From Octopus vulgaris (lineage: Eukaryota), in contig OX597823.1 in the NCBI GenBank assembly GCA_951406725.2, positions 23,064,001 to 23,128,000 on the forward strand: a stretch of DNA of 64,000 nt. The letters are read 5' to 3'. The position numbers and the translations under genes were made by a program. The number at the start of each line of letters is the position of its first letter. Position 1 is the stretch's first letter. Below are positions 26,417-40,171 of this stretch, in pieces. A model generated the notes under the pieces. That model did no database searches, was not told the DNA's origin, and was given only the letters and a program-made list of their open reading frames with translations.

Positions 26417-27675
26417 CAGGGGTTGGACAAAATAATGGAAACACCTTAAAATTTCAAACAAATTATTTTAATATGGGGTAGGACCACCTTTAGCAGTAAT
26501 TACAACTTGAATTCTACAGGGTATGGACTCGTACAAAGTTGAATTGTTCCCAAGGGAATTTTTGTCCATTCTTCAGCTAAAACAGTTCCCAGTTCTTGTA
26601 GTGATGATGGTGAAGGATATCGACTCCTTATTTGTTTTTCTAAAATGCACCATAAATGTTCAATGATATTGAGATCTGGGGACTGTGGTGGCCAGATAAG
26701 ATGTTCAACTTCACTAGAATGTTCCTTGTGCCATTCAGTAACAACTTTAACTGTGTGAATTGGTGCATCATCCTGAAAGATTGCGTTTCCCTCCAGAAAC
26801 AGTTCCACAATCATAGGATAATTTGATCAGATAAAATGCTTAAATAGTCCTGACTATTAATTCTGCGATGAAGGGAAACCATTGGGCCGGTGGATTTCCA
26901 ATATATAGACCCCCACCCCTAATCATCATAGATCCTCCTCCATGTTTAACAGTTGGAAGAAGGCAGTCTGGGTCAAATGCTTTCTTTTGGCTGTCTCTAC
27001 ACGTATACTTGGCCGGTGGTTGGAAAAAAGGATGACTCGTCCAAGAAAATAACATTCTTCCACTGCTCTAGGGACCAATTCTGTAGGTTTTTACTCCACT
27101 CTAAAAGCCTTGCAATGTATGTTTTTGAAAGTAGTGATTTTCTGATGGTAGCCCTCCCATGAAATTTGGCTTTGTGCAGCTCCCGGTGAACAGTTTTTGT
27201 AGAAACTGGGTTCTTGAGGTGGTCATTAAGTTCTGCTGTAATTTTGGGAGCTGTACTTTTGTGATCCTTTCTAGCAACTCATGTAAGAGTCCAATGGTCC
27301 ATATCTGAAAGTTTTGGTTTTCTTCCAGAGTTTTGTTAAATCGTTTCCCTCTTTCTCAAAGGCTGTCATTACTTTTGAGACAGTACTTCTTGATACACCA
27401 AGCATTTCGGCTGTTTTCATTATGCTAACACTTTCCATATGAGCACCAACAATTTTACCTATTTGAAAGTCAGATAGATCTGTCATTTTAATGAATTTTA
27501 ATTACCTTTTTCTGATGATATCTGAAAAGAAACAGCAATTTTGGCAAAACATATTAAGCAACACTACTGATAAATCAAAAGACATATAAAAAAACAAGCT
27601 TTTGATGGTTTTATAGATATTTGAAAATTATGATGCTATGATGCTAGGTGTTTCCCTTATTTTGTCCAACCCCTG
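26417..27675 (-). mobile_element. Tc1-family DNA transposon, TIR to TIR, defective transposase
   Basis: TIRs CAGGGGTTGGACAAAATAATGGAAACACC / GGTGTTTCCCTTATTTTGTCCAACCCCTG after TA; MTDLSDFQIGKIVG...LGVSRSTVSKV, PTVKHGGGS, FQDDAPIH, WPPQSPDLNIIEHLW. Confidence 0.95.
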
Positions 27676-27888
27676 AGGGGGTGCTGAAAAATTCCTGCTT
27701 TTAAGTAAAAGAAAATACAGGAGGATCAGTTAATTATGATTTTATTCAATATATTCCTGTCTCAGATTCACACACTTATTGCAACAGTCCTTCAGTATTT
27801 CTAAGCCTTGTAAAAGAACTCAGAAAGTTGGGCCTCCAATCAAGCCTTTCACAATACCCATAATGCCAGGAACTATTCAGCAACCCCT
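27675..27888. mobile_element. Mariner-type MITE abutting the Tc1 TIR
   Basis: GAGGGGGTGCTGAAAAATTCCTG / CCAGGAACTATTCAGCAACCCCT followed by TA. Confidence 0.75.
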
Positions 27889-28551
27889 TATATATATATT
27901 CACACACATACACATGTATATATATAAACAGGCTTCCATACAGTTTCTGTCTACCAGTTTCACCCGCACCACATGCACACACATGCACGCACATACGTAA
28001 TAACAGCATTGATTAGTTTATTAGTTACAACAGTATTGCCATTATTATTATTTAATTCTGATGATGTGGCTAGGAAGGTCTTGACTCATTAATGGACTAA
28101 TGGATTTAGGAGTACTACTGTCCATCACTAAACATAAAGAACTCGTAAAGAAATATGATAAGTCATTAATGTAAAAAGATCATACTTGAATGCAGCCATG
28201 TCTTCAATGGAGCATGTTTCAAAGAAAAGCTATTTCCTCATTACACATACACACACTAATGCATACATATATGCATACATACAAACATAGATATATAGAT
28301 ATATATATATATTTACTCACACACATGTACATACACATTTATTTATAGATAGATATAGTTTTACACACACATTCAAATCTATATATATTAATGTTTTTAT
28401 ATTATTAATTTATATATGTAAACAATTAAACATCAAACTGAAGGATAACCTAATAATTATTAGTGCAGTTGGCATGTGTTAACTTTTAAAAGGAAACGGT
28501 TGGCAGTGATGACACTCTAATGAAGGTGATCAAGCTAAAGCTATACATATT

Positions 28552-28616
<65 letters not shown>

Positions 28617-28659
28617 ATCCCTCTCTCTCTCTATCTATCTATCTATATCTATATATATA

Positions 28660-28862
28660 CTTTTTTACTTGTTTCAGTCATTTGACTGTGGCCATGCTGG
28701 AGCACCGCCTTTAGTCGAGCAAATTGACCCCGGGATTTATTCTTTGTAAGCCTAGTACTTATTCTATCAGTCTCTTTTGCCGAACCGCTAAGTGGCGGGG
28801 ACGTAAACACACTAGCATCGGTTGTCAAGCAATGCTAGGGGGGCAAACACAGACACACAAAC

Positions 28863-28937
<75 letters not shown>

Positions 28938-29101
28938 TACGACAGGCTTCTTTCAGTTTCCGTCTACCAAATCCACTCACAAGGCATTGGTCAGCTCGGG
29001 CCTATTGCAGAAGACACTTGCCCAAGATGCCACGCAGTGGGACCGAACCTGGAACCATGTGGTCGGTTAGCAAGCTACTTACCACACAGCCACTCCTGCG
29101 C
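28660..29101 (-). mobile_element. SINE family A, full length
   Basis: Reverse complement of family A with internal (CA)/(TA) tract. Confidence 0.92.
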
Positions 29102-29899
29102 TTATATATATATATATAAATAATACATAAATATATGCAAATATATATACATATATGTACATACCTACATATATATGTATATATACATGCATATATGGGT
29201 ACAGGACATCAAAAAAAGGTTGAACACAATGAGAAACGAAAACATAAAAACAAAAACATAGAAAACAAACTTTTTTTCGAAAAACGAAAAACAAACAGAG
29301 AAACAAGACATGCAGCATAAAGAATATTCCCCTTCATCAGTTGTCCTTGTTTCATCTACTCCCCTTTACGAAGGCAAGGACAATACATGACTTCGTTGAA
29401 ACAGTCCTTCCCACAAAGCAATTTATATAAAATTTGGGATTTTTTGCAGAGGGTGAAAGTTGTAACAAGAACAGGACAGTGAGAACAAGACAGTAAAAAC
29501 AAACATTGAGGGCTGTTGAGCCAAGACAATAGAAAAATTATTATGAATGCTAGGAAGATGAGCTTATGAGAGGAGACAGGTATAAGCATGTGCTTTTTAT
29601 TAATAATTGATAGACACTACAGAGTGGCCCAAGGGCCTAGTTTTTTTTGTGTTGAGTGCATGAATCTTTAGCTACCACAAGTTGGAACACAGCCAACTAT
29701 AGGTAGGCCTACTGAATCAGAACTGATCTGAGGTTAAACAACAACAGGTGAAAAATGGTTGAGTGGATAACCCAAAGAACAGTTCAAATCTCTTAGAATT
29801 AATTAGTCAAAATTTCTCTTTTTCACCTACTTTGGTAGGAGTAAACGATTCACTTTTTTGAGATTAACCTCTTATACATGAGAAAACTGATTACACTGT

Positions 29900-30681
29900 T
29901 GTGCATGCACGGTAAGTTTTAACGTTCTAGCTCACTTCCACTGTTTACAGCAGTGCTTGGAAGGAAGGTGTGTAGTGTGTGATCATCAGAGAAGGTTGAG
30001 CAGATAATCTGCATCAAATTTTGCCAAAAGCTTGGTGATACTTTCTCAGAGGCCTATGCAAAGTTTTCAAAAGTCTTCATTGTTCTCGACACAATCAATA
30101 TCTTGTGCAACTGAAACCTGAGTGTCTTCTTGGTCAACTGAAAGCAGTTTTGGCACAAACTTGGCAGACACACATCTCATACCCAAATCTTCAGTGTTAA
30201 TGGACTGAACTGAACAGTAACTAATTTGCTCATTCTCTGATAACTCATGGATGGGGATTCGATGAATCCCCCTCACAGCTGCACACACATCTGCAATGTT
30301 TTTCTCAATTCTGCTGGTTGTAGGTCTCCCAGAACATTCGTCAATATTGACATTTTTTCAGCCATCTTGGAAACGTCTGAAACACTTTTGTACTTGTGTG
30401 CAGCTCATACAGTCCTCTCCATATACATCCTGCAACTTTGTGTTGGCCTCTGAGCAGGTATCACCATGACAGCTTTCTCTGTCATGGTTAATGTGACAAT
30501 TACACACTACACATCTTCCTACCAAGCACTGCTGTAAACAGCGGCAGTGAGATAGAATGCTAAAACTTAGTGCACATGCACAGCAGAGTTCAAGGTAAAT
30601 TTTTGCCAAGCAGCTTTACTCTGAGTGCTATAGCTACGCTATTATGGCAACAGTCTGGATACTTATTGATCTGACTTCATA
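29900..30681 (-). mobile_element. Mariner remnant: transposase N-terminus plus an inverted copy of its 5' region
   Basis: KLQDVYGEDCMSCTQVQKCFRRFQDG and LGMRCVSAKFVPKLLS on minus; 29900-30065 is the reverse complement of about 30435-30580 and encodes EQIICIKFCQKLGDTFSEAY on plus. Confidence 0.85.
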
Positions 30682-32052
30682 TTGTATTTGATGGCATAAA
30701 AGACACATGGGCATATTAGACACCACCCAATTTCAGCAGTGTATTTGCAGGAAAAAAGTTTTTTGCACATTAAAGGCATTTAGTGCATGGAAGGCCCAAC
30801 TCTGTATTTAGCACCAGGAGTGATTTTTATTTCTTGAGACATTTTTTTGTGAAAAAAGATGGTTATTATACCATCAAATATGGTACATATGTATATCACA
30901 TACACACACACACACACTCACAAATTTATATATGTGTGTGTGTATGTGTGTGTGTAAATAACACACTAAATATGTATAAGCATTTATAAAACATATGATA
31001 TGTATATCTATGTATATATGTATATATGAGACACACACACATGCGTGTCCCAATAAGCCAATAACTCCCATTAACTTCAGCACTGCCTTCCACACTATCA
31101 CATATAAACACACACAACATTGAATAGGTAATCTTTGACAAGACACTGCTAAAGTAACCATATTAAGTCAAAAGAAGACTTTGTAGAGCATTACATTGCT
31201 ATTTAACCTTTAACCGCCGGTCAATTCTCATTGATGTATGCTTTGAGAATGTCAGTTAGCAGCTGGTGATGCTGTAGCTTACCCTATTATGAATGTGTGC
31301 TTGTATGTATGTGCATCTGGTTTTGGTATAAATGACAAGATGGAAGGAAAATTAGAATATGTGCAAAAGCTGAGACGAGTATGGTGGATAACTGCTATCT
31401 ACAAAAGGACCAAGTGCTCAAACTGAATATAAAGTGTAGGAGAGAGATCCAAGGAAGAGTTGGGATGGAGTGATGAAGGTTTCGCATTTCATGAAGGAAA
31501 TGATAAAAGATCATGACAATTGCTGTTATGTGGTGCTGGAGGAGAACCAACCACCTGTACAAACATGGTGAAATGTGTCAAAATAATGATGGAGGGTGGG
31601 ATGTATAATAGATATGTACATCTGGGCCTTTTGTCCATTTTATATCTGAAAGTCTCTAGCAACTGCCTCTCTTGCCTATTTGATACTTTTTTGTCTCTCC
31701 ATTACCCCTATTGTATTGATGGTACCATACTACTTACATCACAATGAAAACTGTTAGATTTGCCTTTTGTCAATTCCTCACACCGCTGTCTGTATCTCTC
31801 TCCTCTCTTCTTCTCATCACACTACCTGAATAACAAGGGTTTGCACTGGATTTGTTGCTATGCAATACATTCTTCCACTTACCTTCTTATACAGCATCCA
31901 TCATTCCTTCCTCTTTTCTGGACACTCTTTTACTGGCACCCATTACATTCTCTGAATCCCAAACATTCTTATGACTATCCATCTCTTTCTTTCTCCCTTA
32001 CTGGTAAACATGAAGCAACCATAAGTGTTTCTCCCCACTTTCCTTCTGTCAT

Positions 32053-32100
<48 letters not shown>

Positions 32101-32254
32101 ATCCTACCATTACTGTCCCGCTTCCAGCACTGACTCTTCCATTGCTCCCTCTCCTTCTACTTTGTCTCCCTAATGACCATCTCCCTTTCGTCATTGTTTC
32201 ACCAATCTCTTTCTCTTTTATGTATGAGTGTATGTATGCATACACGTATTACTT

Positions 32255-32530
32255 GGAGAGAATTCCATCGTTACCAGCAAGTAGGTGTCCATCAGGAATC
32301 ACTTCTCAGCTCTCTTCAGTGTATTATAATCCTCCAGACTATAAAAGAGGAGTTTAAGTCTGCTTGTTCATGGGAACTCTGACACAAACTGAATCTATTA
32401 AGAGAAAAAAATTCTAAATGTGTAAAAGAAGAAGACAAAACTATAAATGCCATTTGGGAAGTAACCATATTTGAAATGCAGTAAAAGAGGAGGTAAGAAT
32501 TCTATACAGTGTATCTTATATAAACTATTG
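32255..32530 (+). mobile_element. RTE RT fragment
   Basis: QVGVHQESLLSSLQCIIILQTIKEEFKSACSWEL matches GVHQGSALSPLLFIIVLQAITEEFK of the 22.6-kb copy. Confidence 0.75.
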
Positions 32531-32670
32531 GTACAGTGGGATCTTATATAAACAAGTGGTGCAGTAGGATCATACCATCAAACTGTTGAGTATTATACTC
32601 AGCCAAAGGCCTTCTCTAGATCACTGAATGATAGAAATAGTGGCCCCCTCTTAGGTAAGAACTTCTGTTG

Positions 32671-32797
32671 TTGTAATGTTGTTATCAGTCCAAATATGCT
32701 TGATGCATGTTCAAACTGGAGAACAAACTACACACTGCATTTTGTTCCCCAGTTCGAACATGCATCAAGCATATTCGGACTGTTAATAACACTGCAA
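32671..32797. repeat. Near-perfect hairpin, ~55-bp stem and 13-nt loop
   Basis: CAGTCCAAATATGCTTGATGCATGTTCAAACTGGAGAACAAA / TTTGTTCCCCAGTTCGAACATGCATCAAGCATATTCGGACTG. Confidence 0.9.
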
Positions 32798-33354
32798 TCT
32801 TACTTATCACTGCTTAGCACTACCCCTGCGTAATTCTGTTGTTGTCTCCTTGGAAAAGAGCATAGGATGAAACCAAACTGTATCTTATCTAAGCTAATTC
32901 TCTTCCTAACTAGCTTATACTACAAATCTTTCTGTTTCTTTCTTCTTAGTCCATTTGTTTGAGTCCTATATCTTTGCTTACTTCTCAAGCATCCCCTTTG
33001 CTTTCATAACACTTGGGGATATTACTATGCTATTCACTGTGGGTGACATTTCCTTGTACTATCTGATTGACTATGAAAAGGACCAGCATATTCCCTCTAT
33101 TGCTAGATATTTTCACCGTCTTAATAATTATTTCTGATTTCAAGCTTCTTATCCGGTCTTTATATTCTAGATTAGGCATTCAACTTCAATATTTAGATAT
33201 TCTGTTGGATCTAGTTTGGGTAAGCCCCCTTTTTGCCTGAGCATTCTCCTCATTCAGTAATCTCTTGTTGTAATATTTCCAAAGCACTTTCTTTGCAGAA
33301 AATTTTCTGTATGTGTATAGATGTATGTATCCTTATATATCCATATACATACCT

Positions 33355-33386
<32 letters not shown>

Positions 33387-33696
33387 TTGTGTGTGTATTT
33401 GTGTGTGAAAATATCCACTTCACCTTTACTAGTATTTGAAGTTTCAAAAGACATCAAGATAAATTGTGCATACAACTGATGCATGCACACATTCACACAC
33501 ACACGCACACACACACATTCACACACACAACCCAAACACAACATCATACATTAAAAAATGTTTGATCTGATGGGAACCTTTTCTGTTCTGTGTATTACAA
33601 GGGTATACGTTTTCTTCATTTTTTGGTTTTTGTGATTTAGATGTTATTTTTGTGCAGAGATGAAGCAAACACAGAAATATTTCATATCTATCTCAG

Positions 33697-33841
<145 letters not shown>

Positions 33842-33915
33842 CTATCTCTTGCACTATATATGTGTATATGTGTGTGTGTGTATATAATATTCTTTTATCT
33901 CTCTATATATATATA

Positions 33916-33973
<58 letters not shown>

Positions 33974-33993
33974 GAGAGAGAGAGAAAGAGAGA

Positions 33994-34145
33994 GGCATGG
34001 CCCTGTGGTTAGAAAGTTTGCTTGACAGCCTTGTGGTTTCAAGTTCAGTCCCATTAAATGGCACCTTCTGCATCGCTACTATAGCAATGAGCCAACCAAT
34101 ACCTTGTCAGTGAATTTGGTAGATGGAAATTGTTTAAAAGCCTGG
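33994..34145 (+). mobile_element. SINE family A 5' part, diverged
   Basis: GGCATGGCCCTGTGGTTAGAAAG...AGTTCAGTCCC...GTGAATTTGGTAGATGGAAA. Confidence 0.65.
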
Positions 34146-34285
34146 TGCTTATATAGAAGTAGGTAGTTAGGTAGGTGGTAGGTGGTTGGGTGGAGAAATA
34201 TTTAAATCTGTAAAGTCAACATTTTATGTCTTTTAGTAAACACAATGTTAGGTTACTTTAGTCTCCATATGTCCTTACGTTCCCA

Positions 34286-34531
34286 TTTATGTGAATTATT
34301 TTACTGGATTCCAGTCAGTCTGGCCATGCTGGAGTATTGCCAGCTAAACATGTGCTGTCCTGTGTAGGAGACATTATGTTTCCCATGTTGGAAATTTGTC
34401 TAATTGGTGATATCATAGCATAGCCACTGTCATGAAACATGTTGTTCATGTGGAGTAACCATGTCTATCTACATGTGTTCCAGCATGGCTATTCCCACTG
34501 ACTGGAATCCAGTGAAAGAATAAACATACAT
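34286..34531. repeat. Element bounded by ~35-50-bp inverted repeats (MITE-like)
   Basis: TTTTACTGGATTCCAGTCAGT..GCCATGCTGGA / TCCAGCATGGC...ACTGACTGGAATCCAGTGAAA. Confidence 0.7.
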
Positions 34532-34640
34532 GTGGTTTGGAAAATATTTCTTCTAATTTCTACTGATTTTCTTTTCCATGCTTTCTTTAGCTTGTGTATC
34601 ATATGTCAACACATACATATGCACATACAATTGCACACAA

Positions 34641-34684
<44 letters not shown>

Positions 34685-34756
34685 TGACTTAATATTGTAT
34701 GATCGATTGTCGTTATATATATATATATATATTGTGACGTATATTTGCCATTTATA

Positions 34757-34825
<69 letters not shown>

Positions 34826-36053
34826 ACTTAATTGCACCTCACAGCCTTTTACTATAAATCACCTGTCATGTTAAAATTTCATCATTAAAGTTTAATAGCT
34901 GTGAAAGAAATTAAATTATTGTCAGTACAGTTGCTACACATCATTCCTACCACCATCATTATCATCATTTTGACCATCTTTATCTCTTCCACTATTTCTA
35001 TCACCTTCATCCCATCAATATCATCAACATCATCATCATTGCTGCTGCTATAACTGTGATCATCATCACCACTCTTGCCACCTCTGCTGTCATGCTGCCA
35101 ACATCCTCTCCTTCCTATTCCCCCTCCTCCTCCTCATCATCATCATCATCACCTTCACTGCCACCATTACCATTATCATCACCTCACCTACCTAAGCTGT
35201 CACTAACATCCCCATCGGTGATCATTAGGCTGCTTGATTAATTAGCATTACCTTCATTACTAACACTAAGTTGATTTCGTGGCCTTGTTTCAGTTCCTTG
35301 TTATAGTCATTGCATTTCCTTGACATGACTGCAGTTCCCAAGCAAAATCTTTAACTTGACTCACATTCACATTTGTCCATCTTCCTCCTTGTTTATAAAT
35401 ATGAAGTTTTGTATTTATTTAAGAATTTAAACATGATAGGCATATGTATGTATATGTTTGTGTCTATCATGTTGCTTTGTATAATCTTTTCTCCTCTTCA
35501 TCTTTCTAAGATGTCAATTCACTATTGTCACCACCATTTTTCAAACAACAGATACATCATCAACCAATATCTCATATTCCGTGTCAACCAACTAAAGTCC
35601 ACTTTGATATTCAAACATTTTTATGGTATATTCATTTTACGTTAAATTGTGTATGTGTGTGTATATATATATATATATATACATATATTTCGTTTTTTGG
35701 ATTTAGTATGCAGATTACATACATACAGATGCACACACATAAATACATATATATATACATATGCATACACACACATGCATACATACACACACATACATAC
35801 ACACATACATACATATGTAAATGCATTCATGCATAGGCACACACACACACGCACACTGACCCACACACATGCGCACAAACAAACAAAAAAGGAATGCAGT
35901 GTAAATAACAGACAGAGTCAAGACCATTGAAAAGGTTGCAAGATGCAACGAAAATTTTAGGAAAATAAAAATAAAGATAACTGGAAATTTTACCGGTGAG
36001 TGTATTAAATTATAAGGCACAAAAAGAAAATGACTCTCCCCAGACACAACAGA

Positions 36054-36089
<36 letters not shown>

Positions 36090-36099
36090 TCTTTCTTAT

Positions 36100-36312
36100 A
36101 TTCTTTTTCTTGTTTCAGCTATTAGATTGCGACCATGCTGGGGCACGACATTGAAGAATTCTAGTCAAATGAATCGACAACCCCCCACCCACCAGTACTT
36201 TTTTTTTATCCATTTTTTAAGCTTGGTACTTATTCTATAGGTCTCTTTGCTGAACTGCTAAGTTATAGGGACCTAAATGCACCAATACCGGTTGTCAAGC
36301 AGTTGTAGACAA
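36100..36312 (-). mobile_element. SINE family A 3' part
   Basis: TTGTTTCAGCTATTAGATTGCGACCATGCTGG...GGTACTTATTCTATAGGTCTC. Confidence 0.7.
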
Positions 36313-36323
36313 ATACACATACA

Positions 36324-36415
<92 letters not shown>

Positions 36416-36427
36416 ATATATATATCA

Positions 36428-36468
<41 letters not shown>

Positions 36469-36842
36469 TGGTAGTTAGGTAGATAGGTAGGTAGACATAT
36501 ATACAGACAGACAGATATAAGAATTAGTTGGTTTTAACAAATGGGAGGAAAAGTACTCAGTACAATAATAGACAGTAATAGTTTATTTAGGCTTATCTAG
36601 CATTACTCTGTAGTTTCCCAGTCATATTGTCAGTTCCTCATTCAGATACAGACTGGAAAGTGAGTACGTATCATCTCATTTATTTTAGTCTGAGAAACCA
36701 ACAATGCTTCAGGGAAACTCCAAAATAATAGGTCACTGGATCAGCCTAAATAAACTGCATATATACATACATTCACACAAATACACACACACACACACAA
36801 ACATGCATATATACACTCAGCTACACAGGTGTCATAATCATC

Positions 36843-38060
36843 AGTATCATCATTGTTTAAAGTCTGCTTTCCATGATGGTATGGGTTGGATGTTTTCACT
36901 AAGAACTGGCAAGCCGGGAGGTTGCATCAGGCTCCAGTCTGATTTGGCAAGGTTTCTACAGCTGGATGCCCTTCCTAATGTCAACCTCTCTGAGGGTGTA
37001 GTGGATGCTTTTATGTGCCACCAGCATGGGAGCCAGTCAGGTGGCATTGGCATCAGCCATGCTGAAATGGTGCTTTATACGTGCCACTGGCATGGGTGCC
37101 AGTCAGACAGCACTGGTATTGATCATGCTTGAATGGTGCTTTTTATGTGCCACCAGCACAGGTACCAGTCAGGCGCCACTGTCATCGGCCACAACTACAA
37201 TTTCACTCAGTTCGTCAGGTCTTCACAAGTGTATGATGGAAGGATGCTCTTTTTAAACGGGCCAGTAATGCAACACTGGCATCAACCATGACTACGATGT
37301 CACTTGGCTTGATGGGTCTTCTCAAGATTTTGGTTGCTTGTCATTGCCTGTGTGAGGCCCAGTGTTTGAAGGTCATGCTTCACCACCTCATCCCATATGT
37401 TCCTGGATCTACCTCTACCACAGGTTCCTGCCACTGTTAGGGTGTGACACTTCTTCACACAGCTGTCCTCATACACATCACATGACCATACCAGTGCAGT
37501 CGTCTCACTTGTACACCACATCTGATGCTTCTTATACCCAACTTTCCTCTCATGGCACTTAGACTGTCATATATGCACACTGACATTACACATCCAGTGG
37601 AGCATACTAGCTTAATTTCTTTCAAGCCTATGCATGTCTTTAGCAGCCACAGCCCATGTTTCACTGCTATGTAGCATGGCTGTTCATACACAGGCATCAT
37701 ACAGTCTGCCTTTCACTCTGAGTGAGAGGCCCTTTGTTACTAGCAGAGGTAGGAGCTCTCTGAACTTTGCCCAGCTTATTCTTATTCCAGCAGCTACACT
37801 CTCAGAGCATCCACCCCTGCTACTGGCTTGGTCACCTACATAACAGAAGTTATCAACTACTTCTAGTTTTTTCCCCTGGCATGTGATGGAATCTGTTTTC
37901 TGTACATCTTTGGTGTTTATTACACTTGTGCAACTGCCACAATCAAAAACTATCTTCCCAGTTAACCTTTCTTTGATATTACTGCACCTCTTATGTGTCC
38001 ATAGCTTATCAAGCAGGGCCATCTACCTGAAGGGATTTGTGATTTGTCCGCCTTCCTACT
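36843..38060 (-). mobile_element. 5'-truncated RTE LINE, same family as 21232-23415, more decayed
   Basis: LWTHKRCS, GGCSESVAAGIRISWAKFRELLPLLVTKGLSLRVKGRLYDACV, GRGRSRNIWDEVVKHDL; same 3' tail. Confidence 0.92.
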
Positions 38061-38596
38061 TATTCAGAAAATTTGAATATTGTGCATTAATTGGATATTT
38101 TTGAGACTTAAGTCAGAATATCACCATTTCACTTGTGCAGGGCTCACTAAATCTAAATCTTTTGTTTATAGAAGCTAACATTTATGATTTCTGTGCAAAA
38201 GATCATCACAAATCTAATACCTTAAAATGCAACATCTATACAAATATTTTCCATGGCAAATATTTTCCATGAAGCAAAGTGGTAATGAAAGATGAGAACA
38301 TAATATCAGTGCTTGGTTGGTGTTTTTTGATCTTAACACCTGCATGGATAGATTCTCTTAGTAGACTGCTGTGTTGACTGTAACCTCAAGGAAACTCTGT
38401 GGACCAGCATCTGCATATGATATGATGCACACTACAGGGACTTAATGTCTTGGCATCAGACTTCAAACAGCTAGGGTTCTGCTTCTCTTCTGTCCTCAAA
38501 ATTCTGCAACACTGTGTATGTGTGAGAGAGAGAGATTATGTATGTGTGTGCATCTATATGTGTGCATGTATATATATGTGTGTATATATATATATG

Positions 38597-38641
<45 letters not shown>

Positions 38642-38657
38642 GTACGTGTGTGCATAC

Positions 38658-38688
<31 letters not shown>

Positions 38689-39256
38689 TGTATGTCTCTT
38701 CTATTTCTTAATTATTATAATCTTCTACCAAGGAGTGAGTTGGTTTCCAACAAAGATACAAGGCTCCATCTTTGGGATGTAGTTAACATAGACGAATTCC
38801 CTTTTGGAACTTGAGAAAAGTTTTGCATATTTTTACTGTTCCACTCACAGACTGGACTTGTAATGTACAAATCAGCTGGTCAGTTTCTCTTTCTGAAAAT
38901 CCCAATTTATTTAGATTTTCCTTTAAGCATTTACTAACAAAATCTAGTGCTCCAATTTTTATTGGTATGAATATGAATTCATAGTCTGGATACAGAAGCT
39001 GGCAGTGTCAAAGTAGTTGTCCATAGACATCCTCTTTTTCTTTTTGATTTTCAAAGAGATATTGATATCCTCAGGGCAGATATGCATGCATGCATGTATG
39101 TATGTATGTATGTATGTATGTATGTATGTATGTACGTATGTATGTATGTATGTATGTATGTATGTATGTATCTATGTATGTATGTATATATGTATGTATG
39201 TATATATGTATGAATGAATGTATGAATGGAGGAATAAATGAATGAATGAATGAATA

Positions 39257-39492
39257 CAAGGTGAATTCAAAAGGTATCTGGCTTTATTTTTTCCCACCAA
39301 AACTATGATGAGTTCACACTACATGTCTGTATTGTAGGCATAACAGCCAGAGACTGATGTGGCCAACCAGCACAAAAATTTTCACACGTACATAGGAAGG
39401 GTAGCATCACCTCCCACCATTAAGGATTTCACCCATGTGGCATCCATTTTGGCAAGAGAAAATAAAGTCAGATACTTTTTGAAAGTACTCTG
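39257..39492. mobile_element. Mariner-type MITE
   Basis: TA-CAAGGTGAATTCAAAAGGTATCTGGCTTTATTTT / AAAATAAAGTCAGATACTTTTTGAAAGTACTCTG-TA. Confidence 0.7.
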
Positions 39493-39530
39493 TATATATG
39501 TACGTGTGTGTGTGTGTGTGTATATACATA

Positions 39531-39575
<45 letters not shown>

Positions 39576-39672
39576 GTTTGTGTGTGTGTATATATATGTG
39601 TGTGTGTGTATATATATGTGTGTGTGTGTGTGTATGTATGTATATGTGTGTGTGTGTGTGTGTGTATATATA

Positions 39673-39714
<42 letters not shown>

Positions 39715-39972
39715 ATGTGTAGTGAATTTATGGAAAGAATTTCTGTAACACTCAATTTAGTTAAAAATGGAGAAGACAAGTTGTTAAAATATATAAGAGA
39801 AATTTAATTTATGCAGACGATGATTTCTTACAGAGATATAAAAATAGTGCAAGTACGAAATGATCATCTGCATGAATTAAAGTTCTCTTAAATATTTTAA
39901 CAACTTGTCTACTCCATTTTTAACTGAACTGATGAGTTTTATGGAACTTCTTTCCATTAATTCACCACACAT
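39715..39972. repeat. Long inverted repeat, ~113-bp arms
   Basis: AGTTAAAAATGGAGAAGACAAGTTGTTAAAATAT / ATATTTTAACAACTTGTCTACTCCATTTTTAACT. Confidence 0.9.
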
Positions 39973-40129
39973 CATCTACAAGTATTACTTTCATATCTTC
40001 GCAAATTTACACCTGTAAACTACCAGCAAAATATGAAGAATCAACATTAGAAATCTTTTCTGGAAACCTCCAAATTAAAGGACTAACCTACATTCAACCT
40101 TTTTACACCTATATATATATATATATATA

Positions 40130-40171
<42 letters not shown>

